A DNA stretch of 64,000 nt from Octopus sinensis (Eukaryota): positions 96,658,001 through 96,722,000 of the forward strand of contig NC_042998.1 in the NCBI RefSeq assembly GCF_006345805.1, in the 5' to 3' direction. A program made the position numbers and the translations under genes. The notes under the pieces are model-generated. The model was not told where the DNA came from and did not search any database. It saw only the letters and a program-made list of their open reading frames with translations. Below, one piece after another: positions 40,380-53,825 of this stretch. Position 1 is the first letter of the stretch. Every line of letters starts with the position of its first letter.

Positions 40380-40620
40380 AGCGGTTCATACGCCGGAAAA
40401 TACCGTAGTTGTAGTGGCAGTGATAAGTTCGCTCGCTTGTTGCTAGTTGCTAGTGTAGTAGGGAGGAAAAGAGTAAGGAATGCACGGAGCTGACTAGAAA
40501 GGAAAAAAGGATAAAAGTGGTTCGCTCGCTATACGAATAGAACCCAAGTGGTGACATTTAACAGAGATGACCCGGAAGTTGCTCCTCTTCGATTACGATC
40601 GCAAACAGCAGTAGCATTTT
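40380..40620 (-). promoter_or_regulatory. Possible promoter / non-coding first exon of the transporter
   Basis: Coding exon 1 begins with a splice acceptor, so an upstream UTR exon is required. This CpG-richer patch has an ETS-type ACTTCCGG (plus strand CCGGAAGT near 40571-40578) and candidate GT donors near 40390-40405. It could partly be a MITE relic. Confidence 0.3.
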
Positions 40621-41369
40621 TAAAACCGAATACAGTTTGTTGATTGATTGAAATTCCCCCAATACGACAACTTTAACATGAAATAACTTCTAAAATACGA
40701 AATTTTGTCAAAAATGTTCAGGGTAAACCGTGTTCTACGTGAGAAATTCTACCAGTATTCGAAGTTTCAAACTGTTCAGTTTAAAAAAAAAAATTTAATC
40801 TGTGATTGGGATGGAACATATCCTAGCATACAGCTGTACACAATAGAGAATCTGCAAAACTGAGGAATTCTGTTTGCTTGCAGTGATATGCAAGTCATTT
40901 ACTGAAGTGTATCACTTCAAGTAGAACAAGCTCTATCAAGCTGACTAACGCAATATCCACCTTGTAGCTGGAGAAATTCACAGATGGCAGATATGGGTGA
41001 ATAACAGTATCCTATATGCATGAATACAACATGCATTCTGTAATGCATCTTCTTATAAACTATAACAATTTAGAGATTTATGCAAGCATGCAGACTCATT
41101 AATACGAAAGACCTTGAAATATTTTTCTTCTTTTTTTTTTACATCAATCTACTTTCTGAGTTCACATACCACCAGAGTAAATTTTGTTGTTCATCTTCCC
41201 GGGGTTGCTTAAAATAAGGATCAGTCTCAAGTACTGGGGTTGATCTAAGCGATTCTATCCCTTACTAAAATGGTTTATTGTCACCGTTTTCTTTCTTATT
41301 TTGTGTTCGTCTGCGATATTTTGGAGTCCTTTCTTTCCAACGATATTTACCTTTTATCTTTTATCTTTT

Positions 41370-41586
41370 ACATGTGTCAGTCATTAGACTGCGGCCTTGC
41401 TGGGGCACCACCTTGAAGGACGTTTAGTCAAATGAATCGATCCCAGTACTTATTTTTTAAATGTCCGGTTCTTATTCTACCAGTCTTTTTCGCCAAACTG
41501 CTAAGTTACGGGGATGCAAACACACCAACGCCGGTTGTCAAGCGGCAGAGGCGGACACAAACACAAAGACGCGCGCACACATAACC

Positions 41587-41649
<63 letters not shown>

Positions 41650-41850
41650 TATGTATGTATGTATGTATGTATGTATGTATGTATGTATGTATGTATGTAT
41701 GTACGACAAGATTCTTTCAGTTTCCTACGATAAAATCCACTCACAAGACTTTGGTCAATCCGAGGCTATAGTAGAAGACACTTGCCCAACTTGCTCCGCA
41801 GTGGAACTGAACTTGGAACCATGTAGTTAAGAAGCGAGCTCCCTCTCACA
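41370..41850 (-). mobile_element. SINE family A copy
   Basis: Same consensus with internal (TG)n(TATG)n. Confidence 0.85.
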
Positions 41851-43161
41851 CAGCCACCTTCCCATGGATCCAACCTATGGATTCACGCAAACATAAATAA
41901 CCTGTTGAGAACCTTGCGGTGAAAATCAGTGATAAGCCAGCATCAGGAATAAAATGAAAACTTAAATTTCTAAGACAGAAGTCTGCGTCTCTTTTGGTAG
42001 GTCTGTATTGATAAAAAAAAGTGGCCGCTAAACAGAGTTATGCCCTTAATGAACACAAATGCAAGTGATAAATATAAAACTTTTCTCTTAACTCAATAAA
42101 TACAAGGAATCCTCAGAAATGAATAAATTATATTTTATTAGAATTTTTAAAATATCTAAAGGCACTTATCAAGAAATAACCAAGAGATATTTACCAATGT
42201 TATTCATTTATTTTGACATTACAATAAAACTGTCTAATAGAGCAGAGAGTATAGTCCATCAAATTTGCCGGCATATGACTTCAATTAAAAGATTAAATCA
42301 GCTTCGGTAGATTTGAACTCAAAACAAAGTTAAATATACTAAGACAGAAATGCTGTAAGACATTCAATAATTAAATAATTAAATAATGTCAAACATTTTG
42401 TCCCGTTTGTCACTCCGTTTACCATTCCGCCGTTATGGACTAAGACAAAAGGAAGACAAAAGGAAGACAAAAGGAATATGCATCAAATATGCTGACTACT
42501 GTAAAACTAACAAAAGCAAAAAGTATTGTTTATGGCCAATTTAATGTGGCTGTCCTCCAAGAGACAACGATATTGCTATTTTAGCCCCAGGAAGACATCT
42601 CATCCAGCTGCTTAATCAGTACGTTTTCCCGCTGTCGATATTTATTGCAAGTGGGAGATAACTCTTGCCATCCAAGTTCCGAGACCACCAGACAACGTGG
42701 TTTCGATCTGTATTGGATCTCCTCGGTGGTGGGTACTTGTTTGCCAGGCATTGCAGCAGTTTAACCTCACTTGCAATATATAGAAAGCATAGTGTCATAC
42801 AATCACTGATTTTGTAACTAGGAAACTAATCCGTTGGGGGTAATTGTAAAAGATAATAGACCAAAGTACTATAATAATAGAATCAACAGCATGCAATATA
42901 ACAGAAGACACATTAGAAAAAATGTCAACAATAACTCCTGTTTGAACAACAAGAATAGTAAATACTCGAGGGTAAAAAAGTGCCTAGTAATGTTCCAGAC
43001 ACCCCACGGAAAGTTTGATAAGAAATGAGTGGTGTCCCTTGCCATAATTTAACTCTTGTCACATGTGACAAGATCATCACTGATGTTCCAGTTTCAGATT
43101 TTTGTCGAGAATTTTTAGTTGAATTTCTTTCTAACGACTTGACATGACAATAACATTATCA

Positions 43162-43182
43162 TCTATATCTATAAAAGGCAGG

Positions 43183-43253
<71 letters not shown>

Positions 43254-43450
43254 TGAATGTACTTTATGCACGTCCACAAGTTAGCACGCATGTCGCTCCA
43301 ATTTTAGGAGGACATTGGTCACGACTAAGGCTGTGCTTTTGTCAACTTATTTTTCCTGAGGCACCCCCGGATAGCGGTAAAAATAGCTTTTCAACCATAA
43401 CTTTTACCAATTTTCACGTCGCTGACCTCCGTAAGTTTGCTAACATGAGT
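43162..43450 (+). mobile_element. Helitron-like 5' end
   Basis: A|TCTATATCTATAAAAGGCAGGA followed by (TG)n, a typical non-autonomous Helitron start; the 3' end was not identified. Confidence 0.45.
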
Positions 43451-46400
43451 TAAGTTCCCTGTCTTATAGATTAATTCTGATGAGCCAAATATTGTGCATA
43501 TCGTCGCAGTAGATCACTTCTTTCATTTTCTCTTTTTTTTATTTGCTAGATTGCCATGATAGCTCTTCATTAATAACACTTTAATGACAAACTTGTTACT
43601 GAGTTCCTTTCCAAACAGAAAAGCAACTCACAATAACTGTCACTAGTTTTGTTGATTTATAACTTTTTAATTTTTTCCACTTAGGAAATCTATCATGTTT
43701 TTGAAAGTAGTGCGACTAAATTGTATGACGGTCAACTATCCGATATCATATATGCACGTGTAAAAAAAAAGAAGATAACATTAGCAGTATTCTGTGTTAT
43801 TACTTAAACGAGAATACAAAATCAGGAGCGATTAATATCTTTCCGACTCAAAGGAAACGTCGTTTAAACTAAATTGCAATCATAGAACATCGCTGTTTGG
43901 CGTCAAATGTGTCGTGTTTCAGTTGAAATTCATTTATTCCAACTTCAATAATTCCTATGCAATGTACGCCTATTATAACTACTGACCCTGCTGTTTTAAA
44001 CTTCATAAAACAAAGTTCAATGTGTAATAAAATATATATATGGTCATCCTCCTTTAGTTTAGCATCAATGTTCCGTGGAGATTCCTCCTGTGAAAATGGA
44101 ATTCTCTTGTTTATTTTTATCACTATTATTATCATAATTAAGGCGGTAAGCAGACAGAATCCTTAGCATGCTGGGCAAAATTCTTAGCGGCATTTCGTCC
44201 GTCCTTACGCTCTGAGTTCAAATTCCATCGAGGTCGACTTTGCCTTTCATCCTTTGGGAGTCAATAATTTAAGTACCAGTCGAGCACTGGACTCGATGCA
44301 ACAGACTTGTCCACTCTCACAAAAAATTTCAGACCTTGTGCCTATAGTAGAAATGATTATTACTATCAAATTCCGCCGAGATTGACTTTACCTTTCATCC
44401 TTTCGGCGTCGATAAAGTAGATATCGATTGAGTTCTGAGATCGATTTAATAAACTTAGCCCCACCCGCCAGGGTTGCTAGCCTTAAATCAAAATTTTAAA
44501 CCATTATTATTATTTTAATTTTCAACAGATCGTTTGGTTGATACGATGGTTAGAGCATCGGAAGGAATATTTTGCGAGTTTCTGTCGGTTGCTTATCCTC
44601 TAGATTCAAATCCCACCGTCACCTTTGCTTTTTATCCCTACGAGGTCGATAAAATAAAATACTGGGTTCAGTAGTACTGGCTCACTCCTTTTCCTCAAAA
44701 CTGCTGTCCTTATATGTAAATTGGGATCAATTGTAATAAAGAAAATGTCCTAACAGCCTGCTTCTTTAGCTCACGCAAATTTATTCAGTTATTACACGAA
44801 AGTAAATAAGTAATCGCACATGTATTTATGTATCTTAAAACTAGATACGAAATTGAACAGTCTCATATAAGAAAATAATGATTTCAAATTTTGATACAAG
44901 GCCAATGATTTCGGGGATGGGGTAAGTCGATTGCATCAACCCCAGTGTTCAACTGGAACTTATTTTATCGACTCTGACAAGATGAAAGCAAAGTCGGCCT
45001 CAGCAGAGTTTGAACTCAGAACGTAGCGCCGGACGAAGCATATCACCTGGCACGCTAACGATTCTGCCAGCTCGCTGCCTTATGCATAGTAATAGTTAAT
45101 CATACTAAAAAAATGTATGAAGCAATCTTCACACACAAACAGTAAGATTAGACTGCAAAATTTTTGAAGTAGTTCAATGCTGCATATCAAAAAGACAAAA
45201 ACAAACAAAAAAACGAATTGTTACCGCCCGCATACACAGAAATAATTTAGCAGTTCGTGGTATTTGCTTAAAGTAGGACAATTGCGTTATACTTTCGGGT
45301 AGGGTGTAATTAGTAATTATCAAATATTACAGACAAGACAAAATTTTGCGACCCTTCACAATTGCACCTGAGGCAACCTCCCTTTTCATCATCTCACAAC
45401 GCCTCTGCTGTCACTCTTAACCTCTTAACATCTATGACAAGCATAGGGTGCCAGTCAGAAATATGAGGTTAACCTGTGAGTACCACATCATATCATTGAG
45501 GTAACACTTAATAATTGGTAAAAGAAGAAATGACTACAACAAACATGCACTCAAAACTAAAAATAAGATCATGTGAGTTGGAGAAATCGCTTTGGCAGGT
45601 TCAGATATTTCTATATGACCTAAGTTGCACTGGATTAACCATTAAGCAAAATAAGCATGTGCTTAGGGCATCAAGGGAAGGGGATACAACAAAAATAGTA
45701 AATGGTTTACGACACAAAAGAAATCATTTCGAACTTGGTAAAATGATATTCGAAGTAGTTTATATGATTGAAAATATGATTTCGAAGTGTTCATGGTGTA
45801 ATGGTGAGGGTATGATCAAAAACTTCGCAATTCAGAAAAGTAGGAGAGAACTTTTCTGATATAAATAAAGTGGAAGTATGCAAAAATAAACAGTATTTTC
45901 CATCTTACTGTTGGTATTCTTTCATTTTGAAAAATAAAAAAAACAACTTATTCTATGATTTATTGCTGTTTATATTTTAGATTACATATATATGGGGGCA
46001 CCAAAATCTTTTAAGTGCTTAGGGCCTCTATGGGTTTTAACCCAGCCTTGGACCTAAAGGTAACTCAGCAACCTACACGAAGAGAAAATTTGAGAAGACC
46101 TCGTCAGATCAACGGGAAACTATGCAAGGACAAGTAAATCTCGCAAACTAGACCCATGTGAGACACGGTGACTGGGGGAGCGGATTCTACAAAACTTCCT
46201 TCGCTATTCGAGAGTAGGAGATAGCAACTATATATTTGATTAACAAAGCAGAAAGAGATACCATTGTCCCCAACCACCACAACGCCACAGATATAGTCAA
46301 ATATATCGCCTACATCACCAGGGATTGCGTAAAAATGTCTACAAGGTACCACTACCTTGTTATGAAAAGCTAAATAATTTTTTAAATAAAGTAAAACAAT

Positions 46401-47171
46401 ATACAATGCAATTTGTTGAAGGATTGCACTCATGAACATAAACAATATTGATAAAACATTTTTAAAAATCCGGTATCAATATAACAACATTTGTTTCTTT
46501 ATCACCCACAAGGGGCTAAACATAGAGGGGGCAAACAAAGACAGACAAACGGATTAAATCGATTACATCGACCCCAGTGCGTAACTGGTACTTAATTTAT
46601 CGACCCCGAAAGGATGAAAGGCAAAGTCGACCTCGGCGGAATTTGAACTCAAAACGTAACAGCAGACGAAATACGGCTACGCATTTCGCCCGGCGTGCTA
46701 ACGGTTCTGCCAGCTCGCCGCCTTATGTTGTTATATTATAACAACATTACTATTGTTCTCAGGGAGTTAGAGAGGCCATGCATTGTTTAGAAGTCAGGTT
46801 CCCATCATCTGTGAACAATAGCGTAACTAGGAGAGGGCAAGGGAGGCACGTACCCTGGGTGCCGATTGAAGTTGAGCGCAGAATTTACCATAATACGATA
46901 AGCTTAAACTCCATTTATAAAATTGCAATGGTAATGATGGATCTCCTGCATATCGTTTTATGCTGTTATTGAAGGTAAACGCAATATGATGGCTGTCTAC
47001 TGCCGTGTCTGGACATTTTTACAAAGGGCATCAAAAAAGGCTTTGTAAAAGTAAACATTAAAAAATATATATTTTGAATTACAGGCTGTAAAAGTATTTA
47101 TTCCTAAAATATTGCATTAAAACATTAATTATTTATAACAAATAAGTACTATGTAATGTGGATTTTGTAAT

Positions 47172-47920
47172 TAGTGGTGAGGAGAGCAATTTTGCGGCTT
47201 GCACAGGGTGCGAAATTTTTTTACCCACGAGTGTTCCGGACCCCAGTTATGAACTCATTTGCATGCAGCCAATCAGAGCTCAACTATCAAACTAGTATCC
47301 GCCTAGTCATGAAAATACTCTGGTTGAGTTCAGTGGAAAATGTGCCTTATAGCAAAATCCAACTGTCCTAAACGGGTTAATAGTGGTTACTAATATGAAA
47401 TTTAGTGTATAAAGAGAATGGCGAGCTGCTCACCGATGATGCCATAAGTGTTGTCAATTTGGGTAATTTACTAGAAAATGTAAATGAGTGTAGTTTCCTC
47501 ATTTTTTGACTGATTTTGTACATTCCTAATTTAAAATGTTGGTGTTGATCTGGAAACATCGTAACCAATATGGCGTTGTGTCGAATTGTGCGCTCCTTGC
47601 ATATATCAAAAGGTACAAACAGTATCACTAACCTCAGTCTGGGCATAGGTACCTAATGTTAGCACCATATAGAGATGGTGCTCTATTGTTCTATAAAGAT
47701 GGTGGCGGTGAGGAACGTGGTGCTTAAGTGAGACCTGCTATGCTGTACTCACAGAGTGGCATACACCATTCTATGCCTGACTGTAGTCGTAAACAGTATG
47801 TGGATTTTCAAGGTGAGCTCTGATTGGCTGTACGCAAATGAGTTCATTACTGGGGTCCGGAACTCTCGTGGGAAAAACAACTTCGTGCCCCGGGCGCGAT
47901 TTACCCTATGTACGCTACTG
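47172..47920. mobile_element. hAT-like non-autonomous element with long subterminal inverted repeats
   Basis: About 75-bp inverted repeats (cccacgag.gttccggaccccagt.atgaactcatttgc...cagccaatcagagctca) at ~47222-47283 and ~47813-47875. Ends TAGTGG.../...GCTACTG. Related end fragments at ~45990-46030 and ~46815-46865. Confidence 0.6.
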
Positions 47921-48359
47921 TGAATGTCTTGTCTACAAGGCTGTGAATGTCTTGTCTATATTTCGCATACAAACAGAACGACTGTAGTAAAGTATTATTA
48001 TTGAACATCAATGTCTTGTACCACACCGGTAATAATATCTTACAAGGCGGACATGAAACGATAGATTTGGGTAAAGGAGTGGAAGCGTTGGAGATTTCTA
48101 AAAAAAAAAAGGAAAGGCTGATTCTCGTTTCCTATATTCTATCGATTAGTGAAGATTTGAAAGTTATTTCAATACATATATACATACAGACATACGCACA
48201 TAATAATAATAATAATAATACATACATACATACATACATACATACATACAAATGCCTGGAATACGTTAAGTTTTTCGCAAATCGTAAACAAAAGCGAAAT
48301 ATATGCATAAATACATGCTCGCATATATACATATGTGTGTGAACATACAGATACATATA

Positions 48360-48453
<94 letters not shown>

Positions 48454-48552
48454 CATATATATAGGAGAATGTTGTAGTTCGCTTGAAGTATTGTGTATTG
48501 TTTGTAAAGAATAAAATATTTTGAATGACACAACAATGTACTTTATAATAAA

Positions 48553-49716
48553 AATAATGGACTATAATAACTATTGTAATTTAATCATCCATGGTCTGAT
48601 ATGATATTTCGGAATAAAATTCCTTCTTCAGATGTCCCTAGGAATTGATGGAGTCGCTGCTATAATCGGTATATAGTGCATTGTTGTGTCATTCAAAATA
48701 TTTTATTCTTTATGTGTGCGTGTCTGTGTGTGCGCGCGCTCGTGTGTGTGTGTGTGTGTGTATGATCAAGTGTAACAGGCCGAACCTGTAATGATAACTG
48801 GAAACTTCACTGATGAATAGAAGGTCACGAATGATCCGTCCTGGTTTTTCCTGTCCGTCTTTGTTTCGTCTCTCTGTCCGTATATTTTTATTGTCGTCCG
48901 TTACGATCATATTCCGTTTTTTTGGATTTATATGTGTGTGTATGTGTGTATGCATGAATGTATGTATGTATGTATGTATGTATGTGTGTGTGTATGTATG
49001 TATGTATGTATGTTTGTATGTATGTATGTATGTAATTATGTATGTATACATGTGTGTGTGTGTGTCGCCACCAAATCATAAATCCGAAAGAGAAGGGGGA
49101 GGACATGAGGGGGAGAGGGGGAGGGGGAGAAGGAAAGAGGAGGGAAGAGGGAGGAGGGAGAAGAGGAAAGGTGAGAGAAAGGAGGGCGAGATGAGGGGGG
49201 AGATGGGGGAGAAGGAAAGAAGGAGGGGGTGAGGGTGAGATGAGATGAGGGGGAGGGTGAGAGGGTGAGAGTGGGAGGAGGGAGGAGGAGGGTGGAAGGG
49301 GAGAAGAGGAGGAGGATGGGAAAGGAGGGGAGAGGAGGAGAGGGGAGGAGTGGGGGAGAGAGAAGGGGAGTGAGGGAGCAGAGAGAAAGAGAGAAGGGGA
49401 AGAGGGAAGAAGAAAGAGGAAAGAAGAGGAGGGAAGAAGGGAAAAGGAGGGAAAGAGAGTAGGGGTGAAAAGATTAAGGACCGAAGAGAAGCAGGAGTCG
49501 GGGGGGAGGTTAGATGAGGAGGGGGAGAGTTGAGACCAAATGGCGTAAAAGAGCGAAGAGAGAAGATTAATCCTTGTTCACGGCGCAAACGGGAATCCGG
49601 ATGGCCTCTGTGCAAGGACAAACCGAACACAGACAGGTGTTGCAAGGAGTGACCGGTGGAGCGGAAATGGCGTGAGACCGGTGTGACGTTGGCAAGACAG
49701 ATGTCACGGAGGTGTT

Positions 49717-49754
<38 letters not shown>

Positions 49755-49907
49755 AACAATAATATACAAACTAAAACACAGACAATGGACTATAATAACT
49801 GTTGTAATTTAATCATCCATAGTTTGATATGATATTTCGGAATAAAATTCCTTCTTCAGATATCTCTAGGAATTGATAGAGAAGCACACTATATATATAC
49901 ATATATA

Positions 49908-49944
<37 letters not shown>

Positions 49945-50059
49945 GTAATTCTCTTTCGGATTTATGATTTGTTGGCGACATACACACACATATATACATA
50001 CATAATTACATACATATATATATATATATATATATACATACACACACACACACACACAT

Positions 50060-50118
<59 letters not shown>

Positions 50119-50225
50119 CATACATTCATTCATACACACATACACATATGTAAATCCAAAAATCGGAATAAGAACGTAACGGACGACAACAAAAGCATAC
50201 AGACAGATAGACGATACAAAGACGG

Positions 50226-50230
<5 letters not shown>
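48553..50230 (-). mobile_element. Penelope-like element relic with tandem pseudo-LTR copies carrying hammerhead core motifs
   Basis: 49510-49710 on minus encodes SEHLRDICLANVTPVSRHFRSTGHS...RLRREQGLIFSLRSFTPFGLN (GIY-YIG C-terminal part). Direct repeats at ~48553-48645 and ~49782-49878 each contain CTGAAGA-A-GGAAT(TTT)ATTCC-GAAA. Short inverted segments at 48880/50150 and 49070/49945. Confidence 0.8.
49095..49510. repeat. Polypurine (GA-rich) low-complexity tract
   Basis: About 400 nt of almost only G and A on the plus strand. Confidence 0.9.
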
Positions 50231-50258
<28 letters not shown>

Positions 50259-50417
50259 CATACATATATACATACATACATACATACATACATACATACA
50301 TACATACATACATACATACATACATACATACATACATACACATCTGTGTTAAAAGATATATATTAGCAACACAGGCATTATTCATACCGAGAGGTAATAT
50401 TTATCCCCACTCAGTCG

Positions 50418-50768
50418 CGGATGTTCAGTTAAACAAACTACACTGCAGTAGTTACCATGGCAGAAACTTTTATATTGGCTTTTGGAGCAAAATGCACTCT
50501 TCTTTATATCGCTAGCGGGGAGATAACTCCCCACCATTTCCAGTGCTGAGACCACCAGATCACGTGACTATCTCTCGCGATCGAGGGTCCATCATTGACG
50601 AGACCAATAAAAGTCGAAATCATGTGATTTGGTGTCTCGCGCTGCAGACGGCGGAGATATCTCCTCGCTAGTGATATAAGCAAGCGTGCATTTTGTACCA
50701 AAAGCTATTATGAGTGGTTTCTCTCTTGGTAACTACCGCAGTATAGTTTGTTCTAATAGAACACCCAC
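50418..50768. mobile_element. Fold-back MITE (nearly the whole length self-complementary)
   Basis: Three nested inverted blocks: aaacaaactacactgcagtagttacca / tggtaactaccgcagtatagtttgtt; ggcttttgg..caaaatgcac..tatatcgctagcg / cgctagtgatata..gtgcattttgtaccaaaagc; gagaccaccagatcacgtgac / atcatgtgatttggtgtctc. Confidence 0.7.
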
Positions 50769-50784
50769 GTTTAAATGGCGTTAA

Positions 50785-50836
<52 letters not shown>

Positions 50837-50845
50837 TGTGTGTGT

Positions 50846-50898
<53 letters not shown>

Positions 50899-51264
50899 TG
50901 TGTGTGTGACCGAATATTTAAAAGTTCGCTACAAAGACTCGAGGTTCCCGGTTCGTTTTCACCGTATGGTATCTCGGGTAAAACGTCATTTGGACGTTAA
51001 TTCAAAGGCAGATATTTCACTTGATCAAACAAGTGAATTCTCATTGTCGAACAACTGTCGGCGCGTTTGTATGTGATATGTGTGTATGTGTGCGTGTGTG
51101 TATGTGTGTGTGTGTATGTGTGTGCGTGCGTGTGTGTGTGTACATATGTATGTATATATGTATACACACATGCATATGTATGTATATATGTATACACATA
51201 CAATTAAAAAATCTATGCATGTATATGTGTGTGTGTATGTCTGTATGTATGTATGTATGTATGC

Positions 51265-51398
51265 TTGTCTCTTCTATTTTTTAATTATTATAAATCTTCC
51301 ACTGAGGAGAGAGCAGGTTTCCAACAATATCTTTGGGGTATAGTTAACACTGACAAATTCACATTTGGAACTTGAGAAAAGCCTTGCATATTTTTACT
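51265..51398 (-). mobile_element. 3' end of the same RLE-type LINE family as 13628-13851
   Basis: VKICKAFLKFQM* plus a homologous 3' UTR (gttggaaacc.gctctctcctca.tg.aagatttataa.aattaaaaaatagaagaga). Confidence 0.65.
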
Positions 51399-51804
51399 GC
51401 ATGTATGTATGTATGCATGTATGTATGTTATGTATTCAAGGAAGCAGTGAGGGTTTTCTTCTGTTTTTTTAAGAAAGTGGTACAATAGATATTCATGGGC
51501 TTCTTCTTGGTTTTCCAAACTCCGGACAGATGTAACGGAAGAACTCTCCACCCTTCTATTACATTCCCATTTTATACAGACATACATAGTTTTAATATAA
51601 CTATCACTTTTACTAAGTTTATAAAGTTGCTACAAAAATTTCATAGATTACTGTATATTTAGCAGTTTTATTCAGTTAAAGCGGCATTATTATGCAGTAC
51701 AGAGATGTCAAACGTACGGTTCGTGGAAATGTTTCGTTCGGCTCTCAGCTCAATGTTATATTTTTAAAAAATGGCTTTTGTTTCTTCTAATTTTTGTTAT
51801 TGCA

Positions 51805-52550
51805 GGGAGTGGATTATTTTGGCTGTGTGGGCGCAGGCACGGCCATATTGTTAAGAAGCTCGCTTTACAATCACGTGGTTTCGAGTTCAATTTCACTGCA
51901 CGGCACCTTGGGCAAGTGACTTCTACTAATAGCCCCAGACCAACCAATGCTGTGTCGTCGTGTGAGTGAATTTGATAGGCGGAAACTATGTGGAAGCTGG
52001 TCGTTTATGTGTGTGTGTTTTTCGTGCTTTCGTTTGTTCCCTTACACTACATGATAATCGGTGTTGGTTTGTTTATGTCTCTATTATATGGCTGTTCGGC
52101 TACTGAGACCGATAGAATAAGAACTTAGGGCGATTTGTTCTATTAAACACATCAATGCAGTGCCCCAGTATGGCCACATTCCGATGACTGAAACAAGTAA
52201 GAGATAAGAAATGAAATTAAAATGAGCGCAGAAGTGGCTTGCTTCACAACCACATGGTTCCGGGCTCAGTCCCACTGCGTGGCACCTTGGGCAAGTGTCT
52301 TCTACTATAGACTCTAGCCGACCAAAGCTTTGTGAGTTGATTTGGCAAACGGAAACTGAAAGAAGCCCGTCTGTCCCCTACCACCGCTTGACAACCGGTG
52401 TTGGTGTATTTACGTCCCTGTAATTTAACGATTCGACAAAAGAAACCAATAGAATAAGTAACAGGGTTAAAAGATAACAGAAAGTACTGGGATCGATTCG
52501 TTCGACTAAAATTCTTCAAGACGATTCCCTAGCATGGCTGCAGTCTAATA
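51805..52550. mobile_element. Adjacent SINE family A copies in opposite orientations (51805-52090 plus; 52090-52550 minus)
   Basis: Same consensus on both strands. Confidence 0.8.
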
Positions 52551-53039
52551 ACTGAAGTAAGTAAAAGAATAAAAGAATATATCGCTAGCATGCATTCAGA
52601 TACGGAATACAAATGGCGTCGTGATTTAACACCGATTTCCATTAGTCAAATCAGTGCATTTTAGCGAATCTTTTGACGCTTACCGGACAGAACTATGCAT
52701 ATGTCCGTGTATGTGTGTATGTGTTCATTTGTGTTCGCGCGTGTGTTTTTCTGTGTGAGTATGTATGTGTGTGTGTGTATGCATGTGTGCATCAAGTGGA
52801 TGAAATTTTCCCATACATCTCTGCACACGAACTCCGCTAACATATTGCTTTCCTTTATTTATTGCTAATAAAGTTGTTACAATTGTATATCGATTCACTT
52901 TGGCACAGATTATGAATAATGTTTTTAGAAACAATTATCCCTATCCGCCTGACGAAATCTAAGTTTATGTTTCAACCCGGTCCACAAAGCAAAACGAGTT
53001 TGGAACAACTGATGTAGAAAAAAGAGAAAAATACTGATT

Positions 53040-53825
53040 TCAAATTTTGGTACAAGTCCAATAATTTTGTGGGATATGGGTGTTAGTCGATTACATTGAC
53101 GTCAGCATACAACTGATATTTATTTTATCGACCCTGAAAGGATGAACGGTTAAGTTGACCTCGGCGGAATTTGAACTCAGAACGTAAATAGCCGAAGTAA
53201 TGCCGCTAACCATTTTGGTTGACGCACTAACGATTCTGTTCGCCGGCTCTCAAGGGAAAATAATTCTTTCTAATTTTGGCACAGGGCCGTCGATATTTAG
53301 TGAGAGGGGCAAGTTGATTAAATCGATTCCAAAGCTTAACCGTTATTTGTTTTATCAGACTGAAAGAATGAAAGACAATTCGGCCTCGGTGGAATTTTAA
53401 CTCAGAACAAAGACTGATGAAATGCCGCTAAGTATTTTATCCAGCGTGTTAACGATTCTGCCACCTGAGAAGAAATGAAAATAATGGTTTCCAATTTTGG
53501 CACAAGGTCAGCAATTTCATGAGAGGGTGTAAGAATGAAAGGCAATGTTGACTTCGGCGGAATTTGAACACAGAACGTAAAGACGAATGAAATGCCGCTA
53601 AGCATTATGGCCGGCATGCTAACAATTCTGCCAGTTCGACGCTTTAGAAAAAAGGAAAATAATCTTTTCTATTTTAGGCAACTGGTACTTAATTTATCGA
53701 CCCCGAAGGGATGAAAGGCAAAGTCGACCTCGGCGGAATTTGAACTCAGAACGTAAATAGCCGAAGAAATACTGCGAAGCATTTCGCCCGGTGTGCTAAC
53801 GTTTCTGCCAGCTCGCCACCTTAAA
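53040..53825 (-). mobile_element. Head-to-tail cluster of four SINE family B copies
   Basis: Consensus GGCGGCGAGCTGGCAGAA.CGTTAGCACGCCGG...GAGTTCAAATTCCGCCGAGGTCGAC TTTGCCTTTCATCCTTTCGGGGTCGATAAA repeated four times. Other copies: 20520-20650(-), 23700-24345(-, three), 33255-33462(+), 34012-34250(-), 37830-37995(-), 44140-44740(+), 44875-45082(-), 46490-46725(-). Confidence 0.88.

Noticed and set aside
43869-44135. Possible terminal exon of a second gene (minus ORF with a ttttcacag acceptor)
   Set aside because: No recognisable domain and no partner exons found.
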